A DNA stretch of 33,242 nucleotides from a virus (IMGVR_UViG_2703718832_000007:1-33242), one strand, 5' to 3'. Numbered from the stretch's first letter, positions 19,698 through 28,150 are shown. Notes: generated by a model not told the origin, from the sequence alone. A program made the numbers and translations.

Positions 19698-21113
19698 TCA
19701 ACCTACACCACAAGGAATTGAGTAACTGGAATAGTCGGGTTGCGCAGCCGACTCCGGGCAATGCATACACATCATCAGCGCATCAGCCAGGTTAGGAGAT
19801 GGAATACCGAGCTTCTGCTTCATTTCTACCTTAGTCATAAGCTCCAGCTTCCCGTTATTATTGAATTTGCGCTGAATCTGCGTCAGTTCTGCAAACAGCT
19901 TCTCCAGCATCTTCTCGCCTATCGCTTCTTTGTCGAAACTCAGCATGTCGTCGGGGTCTGCATACTCACCGTGGACAACCGCCCGATATGTCAGATACAG
20001 CCTGTCAGCTAGCGCGTAATAGAATTGCGCTCGCTTATTGCGGAATACATCGCCAATAGTGCGAACGTTGTCGCCCTGCACGACTTCATCAGCCCATGCT
20101 CCGGCCTGATATGGTGCATCTTCATCAAATGGCGATTCGCTGCCCTTGAACATCGTAGCGGTGATTTTCTTGCCGGAGAACGCTTCCGTTGTCTGTCTGC
20201 GTAGCCCGGCACCAACACCATCACCATCCCACAGGTAATGGTCAGCGCCGTCTTCAATCGCCAGCGAAGTAGCCCAGTCAGCACCCTCGTTGATGTCCAT
20301 CAGCAGGCCTTCGGCAATGCGCTTAACAACCGAACCGTGACGCGATGCGTAACCTTTAGCATCTGGCCCTGTATCTGATGGGTCATGCGCAGAAACAACC
20401 GCACCTTTCGCTTTCCACCCGAGTTTCGTGTGCGCATCGGTTGCAGCTTCAAGCCATTCACGTTTGATGATTGCCATATCACTTGCGCTCACTGGCTCAC
20501 CAAGCCAGATGTGACGATACAGTGTCGGATTTCTGCGTTTACACTCTTCCATCTCCAGACGGAGAACTTCAGGAAAGTGCGGGTTGTCGGTGTAGTTCAC
20601 CGTCAGCAGGCAAATATCATCAGGAGGATTTACGACGAACCGCTGATAGGTATCGTCGAGTATGTTCTTCGGGTTGAAGCTCACCCATATTTCGGAAAAT
20701 GGCTTGCGGATGGTTGGTATCAGGATATCCCATGATTCCTTCGTTACCGCTTCCGCTTCCTCCACCCAGCAGATATCAATACCTTCGAGCGATTTAATCT
20801 TCGTCGGGTTGTTTTTGATGCCGTAGAACATGAATTCAGCGTTCGTTCCGAGATGACGAATCATTGAACGCTGAATTTCAAACTCAGCCGAATACCCTTC
20901 CCGCTCTATGGTGTCTTCAAGCAACCGAATTACCGAATCGCTGATACTGTTTTGCAGCTCACGAGCGCAAAGTATGCGCACAGGCTGCCGACGCGCCGCT
21001 TCAACAAGCAGCCTAGCAATTGCCCATGACTTACCGCTACCTCGACCGCCTTTGGCGACTTTGTAGCGATGCGCCTCAATGAACGGTTCAAAGATAGGAT
21101 TAATCGAGGTCAT
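19698..21113 (-). CDS. Terminase large subunit
   Basis: 471 aa; Walker A KGGRGSGKS near the N-terminus; sequence essentially matches Sf6 gp2 as I recall it. Confidence 0.9.
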   Translation of the reverse strand: MTSINPIFEPFIEAHRYKVAKGGRGSGKSWAIARLLVEAARRQPVRILCARELQNSISDSVIRLLEDTIEREGYSAEFEIQRSMIRHLGTNAEFMFYGIKNNPTKIKSLEGIDICWVEEAEAVTKESWDILIPTIRKPFSEIWVSFNPKNILDDTYQRFVVNPPDDICLLTVNYTDNPHFPEVLRLEMEECKRRNPTLYRHIWLGEPVSASDMAIIKREWLEAATDAHTKLGWKAKGAVVSAHDPSDTGPDAKGYASRHGSVVKRIAEGLLMDINEGADWATSLAIEDGADHYLWDGDGVGAGLRRQTTEAFSGKKITATMFKGSESPFDEDAPYQAGAWADEVVQGDNVRTIGDVFRNKRAQFYYALADRLYLTYRAVVHGEYADPDDMLSFDKEAIGEKMLEKLFAELTQIQRKFNNNGKLELMTKVEMKQKLGIPSPNLADALMMCMHCPESAAQPDYSSYSIPCGVG

Positions 21114-21535
21114 TTTCCGAATAGAGTGCTCATCGGTGATGTTTCAATCTGGATTGCGCCGCCGTCTTTGCCGACAAGCTCGTTAGTTACCTTGTCGCCA
21201 TACTTACGGGGATTCATTCGGGCCAGCGCCCATTTGCGGGTATCAACGCGAAGTCTTGCCTTTGCCACCTCAGCAGCATCTGGAATCGCAGTGTCAGCAA
21301 TTTCGAATATCTCTTCGAAAATAGAATCAGCTCGCGCCTCAGCTGCCTTCGCGTACTTGTCTCTAAAGTCGTCATGCTCTGACAGCCAGCGAAATACAGT
21401 AGCCTTTGCTGGCATGCCGGGGCGCTTGCAAACCTTAACCAGACTTTCCCCGGAGGCAAGCAGCGCACAGATATCATCAGCCACCTCCGGCAGGTAATCC
21501 GAAGGGCGACCGACATTCTTTTTCTCAGTCGCCAT
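21110..21535 (-). CDS. Terminase small subunit
   Basis: 141 aa; near-identical to my recollection of Sf6 gp1 (MATE..GRPSDY.PEVADDIC...SPMSTLFGK). Confidence 0.9.
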   Translation of the reverse strand: MATEKKNVGRPSDYLPEVADDICALLASGESLVKVCKRPGMPAKATVFRWLSEHDDFRDKYAKAAEARADSIFEEIFEIADTAIPDAAEVAKARLRVDTRKWALARMNPRKYGDKVTNELVGKDGGAIQIETSPMSTLFGK

Positions 21536-21540
21536 ATTGA

Positions 21541-22029
21541 TTATTTCCCTTCTGTTTGCTTCCCAGCGGGGAACGAATCAACGCTGCCGCCGGAATAGCA
21601 GTCAAGATCAATTGCGACTTGTACCGCTTCTCTCGCATTTTTGCCGCAGTGCATGGCTGTGCGAGCAATCAGCCAACCACTACCAATGGCATACGGTTCA
21701 ACCTGTCGCGAAATACTCGCCCGCGTTTCGCCTTTCTCTTTTGAGATGATGTAAGCACGACCAGCACCGATGATAGCAAGCGCGGTGAAAGAGAATGTCG
21801 GGAGAAATTCTGATGCATACGTCAGGTTGTTCTTAAGCAGTTCCTGCAATTCCATCTCCGCGCCGCAATCACCAGAACAACCTAATGCAACCACTTTACT
21901 GCCGCAAACCTCCCACCCAGATTCTGGCGGTGTGTAAATCTTTTGTTCTGTATACGAACACACAACATCACCAGATGATGCCTGGGTGTCAGATGCCAGG
22001 GTCTTTCCATCCCATGCAATAGTGGTCAT
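21541..22029 (-). CDS. HslV / proteasome beta-subunit-like Ntn-hydrolase (putative threonine peptidase), moron
   Basis: 162 aa; N-terminus MTTIAWDGKTLASDTQ resembles the HslV/20S-beta start (Thr nucleophile at position 2, Asp in the first strand) and AIGSGW matches the HslV AIGSGG motif. Confidence 0.55.
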   Translation of the reverse strand: MTTIAWDGKTLASDTQASSGDVVCSYTEQKIYTPPESGWEVCGSKVVALGCSGDCGAEMELQELLKNNLTYASEFLPTFSFTALAIIGAGRAYIISKEKGETRASISRQVEPYAIGSGWLIARTAMHCGKNAREAVQVAIDLDCYSGGSVDSFPAGKQTEGK

Positions 22030-22030
22030 A

Positions 22031-22273
22031 TCATGCTCCGGTGGTGAACAGGTCTAACGCTTCCTTCGATTTACGCACCGCTTCGATAGTTCGGGTCGTG
22101 ATATCTGAATTAGCGCCGCCTGACTGGAAGTGAATTTTGAATAGCTCAAGCTTCAGCTCGTCAGTGCCAATGAATTGAAATGCTTCCTCTGCGGCTGCGT
22201 TCTGGTTCATGACCAGTTTGTAAATCTCTAACTGGAATTTCTGTTCTTCAGTCATGGGAATAATCTCTGCCAT
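22031..22273 (-). CDS. Hypothetical helical protein, tightly coupled upstream partner of the HslV-like gene
   Basis: 80 aa with a GGAG RBS; its TGA stop is separated from the HslV-like ATG by 1 nt. Confidence 0.5.
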   Translation of the reverse strand: MAEIIPMTEEQKFQLEIYKLVMNQNAAAEEAFQFIGTDELKLELFKIHFQSGGANSDITTRTIEAVRKSKEALDLFTTGA

Positions 22274-22720
22274 TGTTGGCTCCGTTTATCCGTTAAAAGG
22301 GATATCAGTTAAGTTATCCCGTGCAGGGTATAAGCCATTGTCGAGACCACTCATTGAATGGTCTCTGCAATAACCGATGTCTTTCCATCAGTCCGCCACC
22401 ACAAAGAATCTTTTTTGCCATAAGGCAGGAGGTTCATCTTTCAGTGGCTGCCAGTGTTATTTCCCCATTTTCTGGCTTGGGTTGTTTCGCTGTACTGCCG
22501 TAACTGGTTACCCAGAATAAATTCCGGTTTCATTATCAAGCCCACCCGTAGATAGGCTTTGTAATGAACTGGCTCTTATCTCAACGCAGCCCCTTACCGC
22601 GCGCCAGATGCTCAATATCAAGCATCAGCAATGAGATGTTTAATCTGGATTCACTCCAGAAGTGATCACCACCCTGTCTACAGAGCCAGATGTGAAGGAT
22701 GATGAGTAAAATTATCGCTA

Positions 22721-23188
22721 TCATCGAAGGCATTGCGTCCTGATGTACTCCTGAAGCGTTCTCAGTGCTGTTTGGTCGCGGATAATTCCGTCCCGGATAC
22801 CGAGAACGTTTCGTCCAGCAACTGGAGAGAGTTCGACGGTGGCATCATTGCCCATGCCGGAGGAGCCGGAGGTTTCGGCTGAGGATGGCTCAGGGCATTT
22901 TCCTTTGACGAGCACCCTGCCACCATTATCAAGCTTGCGCCGAAGAGCATCATTTTCAGCTTTCGCATCAGCTAACTCCTTCGTGTATTTGGCATCCAGT
23001 GCAGCGACATCACGCTGGCGGGTCTGCATATCTTTGATGGTGGCATTAGCCAGGCGGAGGTTCTTTGTGGCTTTATCGCGCTGGTCTTTGTAGGCGATGG
23101 CGTTATCACGGTAATGATTAACAGCCCATGACAGGCAAACGATGATGCAGATAACCAGAGCGGAGATAATCGCGGTTACTTTGCTCAT
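22721..23188 (-). CDS. Rz: Spanin inner-membrane subunit Rz
   Basis: 155 aa with N-terminal transmembrane segment and coiled-coil periplasmic domain; follows the endolysin; contains the embedded Rz1 frame. Confidence 0.85.
   Translation of the reverse strand: MSKVTAIISALVICIIVCLSWAVNHYRDNAIAYKDQRDKATKNLRLANATIKDMQTRQRDVAALDAKYTKELADAKAENDALRRKLDNGGRVLVKGKCPEPSSAETSGSSGMGNDATVELSPVAGRNVLGIRDGIIRDQTALRTLQEYIRTQCLR
22762..22968 (-). CDS. Rz1: Spanin outer-membrane lipoprotein subunit Rz1 (embedded in Rz, +1 frame)
   Basis: 68 aa; lipobox LIMVAGCSS; Pro-rich [11 protein letters not shown], similar to lambda Rz1. Confidence 0.8.
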   Translation of the reverse strand: MRKLKMMLFGASLIMVAGCSSKENALSHPQPKPPAPPAWAMMPPSNSLQLLDETFSVSGTELSATKQH

Positions 23189-23661
23189 ACCTCAATCTCT
23201 CTGACCGTTCCGCCTGCTTCTTTGAATTTTGCAATCAGGCTGTCAGCCTTATGCTCGAACTGACCATAACCAGCGCCAGGCAGTGAAGCCCAGATATTGC
23301 TGCAACGGTCAATTGCCTGACGAATGTCACCGCGATCGATCATGGGTAAAGCACCACGCTCTTTAATCTGTTGCAGTGCCACAGCGTCCTGGCTTTTCGG
23401 AGAGAAGTCTTTCAGGCCAAGCTGCTTACGATAGGCATCCCACCAACGGGAAAGAAGCTGGTAACGTCCGGCTGCTGTTGATTTGAGTTTGGGGTTTAGC
23501 GTGACAAGTTTGCGAGGGTGATCGGAGTAATCAGTGAATAGCTCTCCGCCTACAATGACGTCATAACCATGATTTCTGGTTTTCTGACGTCCGTTATCAG
23601 TTCCCTCTGACCACGCCAGCATATCGAGGAACGCCTTACGTTGATTATTGATTTCCACCAT
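23185..23661 (-). CDS. R: Endolysin R (lytic transglycosylase), lambda-type
   Basis: 158 aa; essentially identical to lambda R over its length ([51 protein letters not shown]...). Confidence 0.95.
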   Translation of the reverse strand: MVEINNQRKAFLDMLAWSEGTDNGRQKTRNHGYDVIVGGELFTDYSDHPRKLVTLNPKLKSTAAGRYQLLSRWWDAYRKQLGLKDFSPKSQDAVALQQIKERGALPMIDRGDIRQAIDRCSNIWASLPGAGYGQFEHKADSLIAKFKEAGGTVREIEV

Positions 23662-23968
23662 CTTCTACTCCGGCTTTTTTAGCAGCGAAGCGTTTGATAA
23701 GCGAACCAATCGAGTCAGTACCGATGTAGCCGATGAACACGCTCGTTATATAAGCGAGATTGCTACTTAGTCCGGCGAAGTCGAGAAGGTCACGAATGAA
23801 CCAGGCGATAATGGCGCACATCGTTGCGTCGATTACTGTTTTTGTAAACGCACCGCCATTATACCTGCCGCGAAGGTACGCCATTGCAAACGCAAGGATT
23901 GCCCCGATGCCTTGTTCCTTTGCCGCAAGAATGGCGGCTAACAGGTCATGTTTTTCTGGCATCTTCAT
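23645..23968 (-). CDS. S: Holin S (class I, dual-start S107/S105), lambda-type
   Basis: 107 aa; matches lambda S including the Met1-Lys2-Met3 dual-start motif ([39 protein letters not shown]...). Confidence 0.95.
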   Translation of the reverse strand: MKMPEKHDLLAAILAAKEQGIGAILAFAMAYLRGRYNGGAFTKTVIDATMCAIIAWFIRDLLDFAGLSSNLAYITSVFIGYIGTDSIGSLIKRFAAKKAGVEDGGNQ

Positions 23969-24294
23969 GTCTTACCCCCAATAAGGGGATTTGCTCTATT
24001 TAATTAGGAATAAGGTCGATTACTGATAGAACAAATCCAGGCTACTGTGTTTAGTAATCAGATTTGTTCGTGACCGATATGCACGGGCAAAACGGCATGA
24101 GGTTGTTAGCGCAACCTCCTGCCACCGCTTTCACGAAGGTCATATGTAGAAGGCCGCAGCATAACTATCACTGATGAATTCAGGATAGCCAGTGGCTACG
24201 GCTCAGTTTGGGTTGTGGTGGTTGGTGCTGAACTCCAACTTGAGGCTACCCATCCTAGCCCGAAGCTAGGTGCTCACCTCTGAGCGTTAGCGCA

Positions 24295-24804
24295 TCAGCC
24301 TGCGCATTCACCACAATTCTTGTTGTAACTTCCGAATATTTTTTCCCTTTCCGAAGTCACAAATTTTATAGCATCCTCTTTGCGTTTAAATGTCTTGAAG
24401 GCCGCAGTTTTTCTATTAACAAAAACACGAGCATGCCAAAGCCTATCTCTCGAGTGGAAACAAACACCACGACAACCAGACCGGTTCCTTTTCGAGGTTA
24501 TTGTGTTCATGTTGTTTTGCGATCTGCTAACAAGCCTAAGATTTGATATCCTGTTGTCGTCTCTTATGCCATTCACATGATCTATTTCTAAGCCGCTATT
24601 TATTTCGCCATTGCACAAAATCCACGCCAGACGATGAGCAAAGTATCTTTTACCTCCTAAAGATATTTGCCTGTAACCGAACGAATTCAGCGAACCAGCA
24701 ATCATGCCAGGCTTAGATCTTCCTGTTTTTACCTTCCACACGAAGATGCCGGTAGATGGATTAAATGACAAAGATTCTTTAATGCGTTCACTTGTTAAAA
24801 GCAT
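24295..24804 (-). CDS. HNH homing endonuclease with AP2-type DNA-binding domain
   Basis: 169 aa; HNH core GLEIDHVNGIRDDNRISNLRLVSRSQNNMN; C-terminal AP2-like GCRGVCFHSRDRLWHARVFVNRKTAAFKTFKRKEDAIKF; located inside the late leader between tR' and S. Confidence 0.8.
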   Translation of the reverse strand: MLLTSERIKESLSFNPSTGIFVWKVKTGRSKPGMIAGSLNSFGYRQISLGGKRYFAHRLAWILCNGEINSGLEIDHVNGIRDDNRISNLRLVSRSQNNMNTITSKRNRSGCRGVCFHSRDRLWHARVFVNRKTAAFKTFKRKEDAIKFVTSEREKIFGSYNKNCGECAG

Positions 24805-25016
24805 TGCGTAAACCTTTTAGAAAGCGAGCCTGTCTCACAGAAAAGCCGCCCGAGAGAGGTCGCCACCTATAACGGCATTTCTCAGGCTCGCTTACTGAAA
24901 GGATCTCGTTAATATGCGCGTGAGATGCGCTGGAGGGATAACAGGAAAGAGCACTGCATGGTTTTACCATTACATCCGAAGATTTATCTGGTGTAGTCAA
25001 TGCTCTTACCTGTTGT

Positions 25017-25045
25017 GCAAATAAAAAAGCCCACAGGCGGTGGGC
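25017..25045 (-). terminator. tR'-like rho-independent terminator of the short late leader transcript
   Basis: Minus strand reads GCCCAC-CGCCT-GTGGGC followed by TTTTTTATTTG; flanking sequence (TTTTTTAT.TGCACAACAGGTAAGAGCATTGA) aligns with the lambda tR' region as I recall it. Confidence 0.65.
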
Positions 25046-25087
25046 TTGTGATGGTTGCTGAATGCAAAAGCGGCAGCATATGTGAAT

Positions 25088-25117
25088 ATTATGGCTAAAT
25101 GGCTAATTGCATGTCAA
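25088..25117 (-). promoter_or_regulatory. Late promoter (pR'-like) with presumed Q-utilisation site
   Basis: Minus strand reads TTGACA, 18 nt spacer, CATAAT immediately after the Q-like stop codon, about 50 nt upstream of the tR'-like terminator. Confidence 0.5.
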
Positions 25118-25613
25118 GGCTTTTAACAGCAACATGCTTAACTTTCTCAACACGTTTACGCATTTTGAAAGCATTTTGCATTGGTTGGTACAAAACAAAT
25201 AACGACGATTTCAGGATGTCGTCAATTTCGTTTCTACAGGTTGCCAGTGAAGGTTTTCTCCATCCCTCGCCACCACGTCCACACATCTTGCGTGGCTTTG
25301 CAGTCGCGTGATAGTAGGATGCAATTGCTCGCTTTGATGAACCATGAGCGTAGTAGCTGAGGAGGATGCCAAAGGCTTTCTTGTCAATGTACATGACGGA
25401 ATCGACGACCTGAGAAATCAACATTCCATCATCATCATTACACATTGGCCTTGTCATAACTCTTCCCGGCTCTACGCTCTCCATGAACTTAGCTATTACG
25501 CTGCTCATACGCTTTTCCAGACGACCTGAATAAACCCATGCGCCCCACAGTTCAAGCCAGCCATTCAGCCAATCGTGCTGTTCTTTGGTGAGGTTTAGTT
25601 CTCTTATGCTCAT
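25095..25613 (-). CDS. Late antiterminator Q, phage-82/PF06530 family (not lambda Q type)
   Basis: 172 aa; central RPMCNDDDGMLISQVVDSVMYIDKKAFGILLSYYAHG matches the conserved RP.C.DDD.M...LL..YY core of Q82-type antiterminators; sits immediately upstream of the late promoter and lysis genes. Confidence 0.75.
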   Translation of the reverse strand: MSIRELNLTKEQHDWLNGWLELWGAWVYSGRLEKRMSSVIAKFMESVEPGRVMTRPMCNDDDGMLISQVVDSVMYIDKKAFGILLSYYAHGSSKRAIASYYHATAKPRKMCGRGGEGWRKPSLATCRNEIDDILKSSLFVLYQPMQNAFKMRKRVEKVKHVAVKSLDMQLAI

Positions 25614-25798
25614 CGTCTTCCCCTCTTGCCCTGTTTGACCATCAGGACGCCGTTAACTATTACGTGACGCTCGCCTTTGCTGTCTCGGTTGTACTTGAGC
25701 ACTGTTCCTCTTGCGCAGGAAAGCATCCTCGCCACTTCGGTCTGATTGCCTCGTGTCTGGATAAGAAGCTCTGGTATCGTTTGAATTGTGGCGTTCAT
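25610..25798 (-). CDS. ninH: NinH
   Basis: 62 aa; IPELLIQTRGNQTEVARMLSCARGTVLKYNRDSKGERHVIVNGVLMV aligns with lambda NinH (IPDMLVEAYGNQTEVARRLKCSRGTVRKYVDDKDGKMHAIVNDVLMV). Confidence 0.85.
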   Translation of the reverse strand: MNATIQTIPELLIQTRGNQTEVARMLSCARGTVLKYNRDSKGERHVIVNGVLMVKQGKRGRR

Positions 25799-26157
25799 GC
25801 GTTCTCCAGTTCGGTGATTTTTATTCCAAGCCGTCCGCCTGGTACTTTCACGCCACGAATTACGCGAATGTCATCGAATTGCTCGTCATCTTCCGCAAAT
25901 CCGGCGTGGATAAGGGAGTCGAGTAAACCTTTCAGGATGTTATCGAGGTCGCGGCGGCGGGAGTCTGGAACGTCTGCGATGACTTTGATGCGGAGTCGTG
26001 ATTTGGTGAAAATGTCTAACTTAAGTTGGCGGATGATTTGCTGAACGTCTTTTCGGTATTTCTGGCCTTTATCGCTTATGTAATATTGGCTTCCCCGTCT
26101 TCGCCAGTAGGTATTCACCGACGGCGGGTATGGAAGCACAAACTGATATTCGTTCAT
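25795..26157 (-). CDS. rusA: RusA-type Holliday junction resolvase
   Basis: 120 aa; LPYPPSVNTYW...DVPDSRRRDLDNILKGLLDSLIHAGF...GGRLGIKITE matches the RusA family pattern (LPWPPSNNRYY...MPDRRRRDLDN...GGRLELTITE). Confidence 0.85.
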   Translation of the reverse strand: MNEYQFVLPYPPSVNTYWRRRGSQYYISDKGQKYRKDVQQIIRQLKLDIFTKSRLRIKVIADVPDSRRRDLDNILKGLLDSLIHAGFAEDDEQFDDIRVIRGVKVPGGRLGIKITELENA

Positions 26158-26432
26158 TGGACAAACACCCTCCCATTGTTAACCAATTTTTTAAGGGTAA
26201 GCATAATGGCCCGATCCATTTCAGCCCTTCGCTCTTCCCTGCTCATATCTCTCCCATTATCAATTCTTGAATGACAATCAACACATAGCGCAGCAGTAAG
26301 GCAATCATCTACTTTAATCCCAACCCCCTTCCCTTCATTTCTGTGAGCGGCCTGAACTCCGTATCTTCCGCAAAGAACGCAAAATTCAATATCCCTTACT
26401 GCCTGAAGCCATTTTTTGCTTCTAAACATCAA
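26154..26432 (-). CDS. DUF1364 / YbcO-like small Cys/His-rich nin-region protein
   Basis: 92 aa; Cys/His spacing (C..C...AH...ALC..CH..ID) resembles E. coli YbcO as I recall it. Confidence 0.55.
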   Translation of the reverse strand: MMFRSKKWLQAVRDIEFCVLCGRYGVQAAHRNEGKGVGIKVDDCLTAALCVDCHSRIDNGRDMSREERRAEMDRAIMLTLKKLVNNGRVFVQ

Positions 26433-26931
26433 TCCCCTCCAAAAAACGTCGGTACGCTGATTTGTTTTTTATGTTGCACACTGTCTGCGCACAAACACCA
26501 AATTCTTTGGCTATATCTCTGTATTTGCCTTTTGATTTATATATTGATTTCACTTGTTCTGGCGTTAGTTTGCAGAAATGATGATTAAACCCATGAACAA
26601 GCAATCCGGAATCAAATCCATGTTTCGCATTTTCTGTTCGCGTTACCCACTCAAGATTTTCAACTTTATTATTAAGTTTATTTCCATCCTTGTGATTAAC
26701 TTCCGGTTTGCCATCTGGGTTATCAATAAATACTTCTGCAACAATTCTGTGAACCATTTTATATGATGGTCTTTTCCCGCCACCTGGATACAGACCGACA
26801 AATGCATATCCTCCTGGTTTAATGCCATGAGATAATTTTTTTGATTTACGGCATGAAATGATGTCTCCATTTTCAGTTACTTTATATATACCCTCAAAGC
26901 CGGGGATATCTTTTTCTTTAACATCACTCAT
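26422..26931 (-). CDS. HNH homing endonuclease (NUMOD4 N-terminal motif, HNH core, C-terminal helix-turn-helix)
   Basis: 169 aa; NUMOD4-like IPGFEGIYKVTENGDIIS; HNH core EVNHKDGNKLNNKVENLEWVTRTEN; AT-rich coding sequence; inserted between the DUF1364 gene and ninF. Confidence 0.8.
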   Translation of the reverse strand: MSDVKEKDIPGFEGIYKVTENGDIISCRKSKKLSHGIKPGGYAFVGLYPGGGKRPSYKMVHRIVAEVFIDNPDGKPEVNHKDGNKLNNKVENLEWVTRTENAKHGFDSGLLVHGFNHHFCKLTPEQVKSIYKSKGKYRDIAKEFGVCAQTVCNIKNKSAYRRFLEGIDV

Positions 26932-27094
26932 CGTCTTCTTCCTCGTACATTGAGCTATTCGGATCGCTCATCAGCTCTGCGCAGCAATCGGAGCACACGT
27001 GAACTTCCAGCACATGCAGCTTCTGACCGCAGTTAGCGCACGTTAAAGCCCGATCGACGCTTTCTTGTTCGTAACTTCGATTTGGGTCAATCAC
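26924..27094 (-). CDS. ninF: NinF (below the ORF-track size cutoff)
   Basis: Hand-translated 56-aa ORF with GTG start: [56 protein letters not shown], closely matching lambda NinF. Confidence 0.8.
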   Translation of the reverse strand: MIDPNRSYEQESVDRALTCANCGQKLHVLEVHVCSDCCAELMSDPNSSMYEEEDDE

Positions 27095-27273
27095 CTTGTT
27101 TTCCTCGCACGTTCTCTAAGCCACCGGATATCCCACAGGTGAGCCGTGTAGTTGAAGGTTTTTACGTCAGATTCTTTTGGGATTGGCTTGCGTTTATTTC
27201 TGGAGCGTTTCGTTGGAAGGTATTTGCAGTTTTCGCAGATGATGTCGGTGATACTTCGTCGCTGTCGTCTCAT
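27091..27273 (-). CDS. ninE: NinE
   Basis: From the internal [63 protein letters not shown] is near-identical to lambda NinE (60 aa). Confidence 0.85.
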   Translation of the reverse strand: MRRQRRSITDIICENCKYLPTKRSRNKRKPIPKESDVKTFNYTAHLWDIRWLRERARKTR

Positions 27274-27692
27274 TCGTACCTCCTGTCGGTAAATCTGACA
27301 CCCTGACCAATAGCCCATGCTGTCGTGTACTCAATCAGGCTTGCCATGCGCTTCACGCTCATCTGTGCGCTGCTTTCGCGAATGTTGACGTATTCACCTT
27401 CAAGGCCGGGCAAAACATCAGCTTCCTGCTTTGTTGCCACTGCATGACCGCTTATCAACAAAACCTTCCATTGTTCTGGTTTTAACCATTTGCCGCACCA
27501 TTGAACCTGACTTGCGATATCCGCCAGCATCGCGTGAAATTTTGCGTTCTGGTCAAGGTTGCGCTTGTAGTCAGTAATGCGGATGGTAACTGGCTTGTCT
27601 TTATCGAGTGGTGTTGCGAGGATGGCGGTGATTGCGGCTTGCTGTTGTTGCTTACTCCTGAGGAAAATTGTCTGTTTCATGGAATTCCTCAA
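27270..27692 (-). CDS. ninB: NinB (Orf-family recombination mediator)
   Basis: 140 aa; conserved core [33 protein letters not shown] aligns with lambda NinB (RSLDQNRKLWACLGDVSRQVEWHGRWLDAESWK). Confidence 0.8.
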   Translation of the reverse strand: MRNSMKQTIFLRSKQQQQAAITAILATPLDKDKPVTIRITDYKRNLDQNAKFHAMLADIASQVQWCGKWLKPEQWKVLLISGHAVATKQEADVLPGLEGEYVNIRESSAQMSVKRMASLIEYTTAWAIGQGVRFTDRRYE

Positions 27693-27901
27693 TATGTGTA
27701 AAGGCTATATCCGTTTTTATTTGTCCTGGTGCCATAGCCATATAGGCTCCAGTCATCCTGTTTTCTCTCACCAAAAATATGCTTGCGGTATTCTTCCTGC
27801 TGGCGTCTCCATATTTCCATCATGTCTGGCTGGTTCTTTTCTCGCATTTTTCGAATCTGCTCAAGGATGAACTCTATTTGCTGCTGATTTGTCATGCTCA
27901 C
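27689..27901 (-). CDS. Hypothetical nin-region protein
   Basis: 70-aa ORF packed head-to-tail with the neighbouring genes; no known domain. Confidence 0.45.
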   Translation of the reverse strand: MSMTNQQQIEFILEQIRKMREKNQPDMMEIWRRQQEEYRKHIFGERKQDDWSLYGYGTRTNKNGYSLYTY

Positions 27902-27905
27902 TCCT

Positions 27906-28121
27906 TTACTTTAAATCCAGACTCCGAATAATTCTGTTGCGCTGAAACTCATTGTTGAGTTTGGACAACCGTCGAAGAACACGGTCACGCGGATAGCGTC
28001 GTGCAGCAGGTGAATGCTCATACAACTCATCAATCGGCAAACTGGACGATGAACGATACCGATACCAACGCACCAACTCTTCACGAAAATTAGCCCTGAC
28101 AAGCTCAGCTATCGTACTCAT
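27906..28121 (-). CDS. Hypothetical nin-region protein
   Basis: 71-aa ORF with a GGAGG RBS 9 nt upstream; the overlapping alternative-frame ORF 27911-28102 has no RBS. Confidence 0.5.
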   Translation of the reverse strand: MSTIAELVRANFREELVRWYRYRSSSSLPIDELYEHSPAARRYPRDRVLRRLSKLNNEFQRNRIIRSLDLK

Positions 28122-28150
28122 TTCTTAAAGCCTCCAATTCCCTCTCCCCC

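Noticed and set aside
24788-25000. 70-aa minus-strand ORF downstream of the tR'-like terminator
   Set aside because: Begins with TTG, overlaps the HNH gene start, and lies in sequence that aligns with the non-coding lambda late leader.
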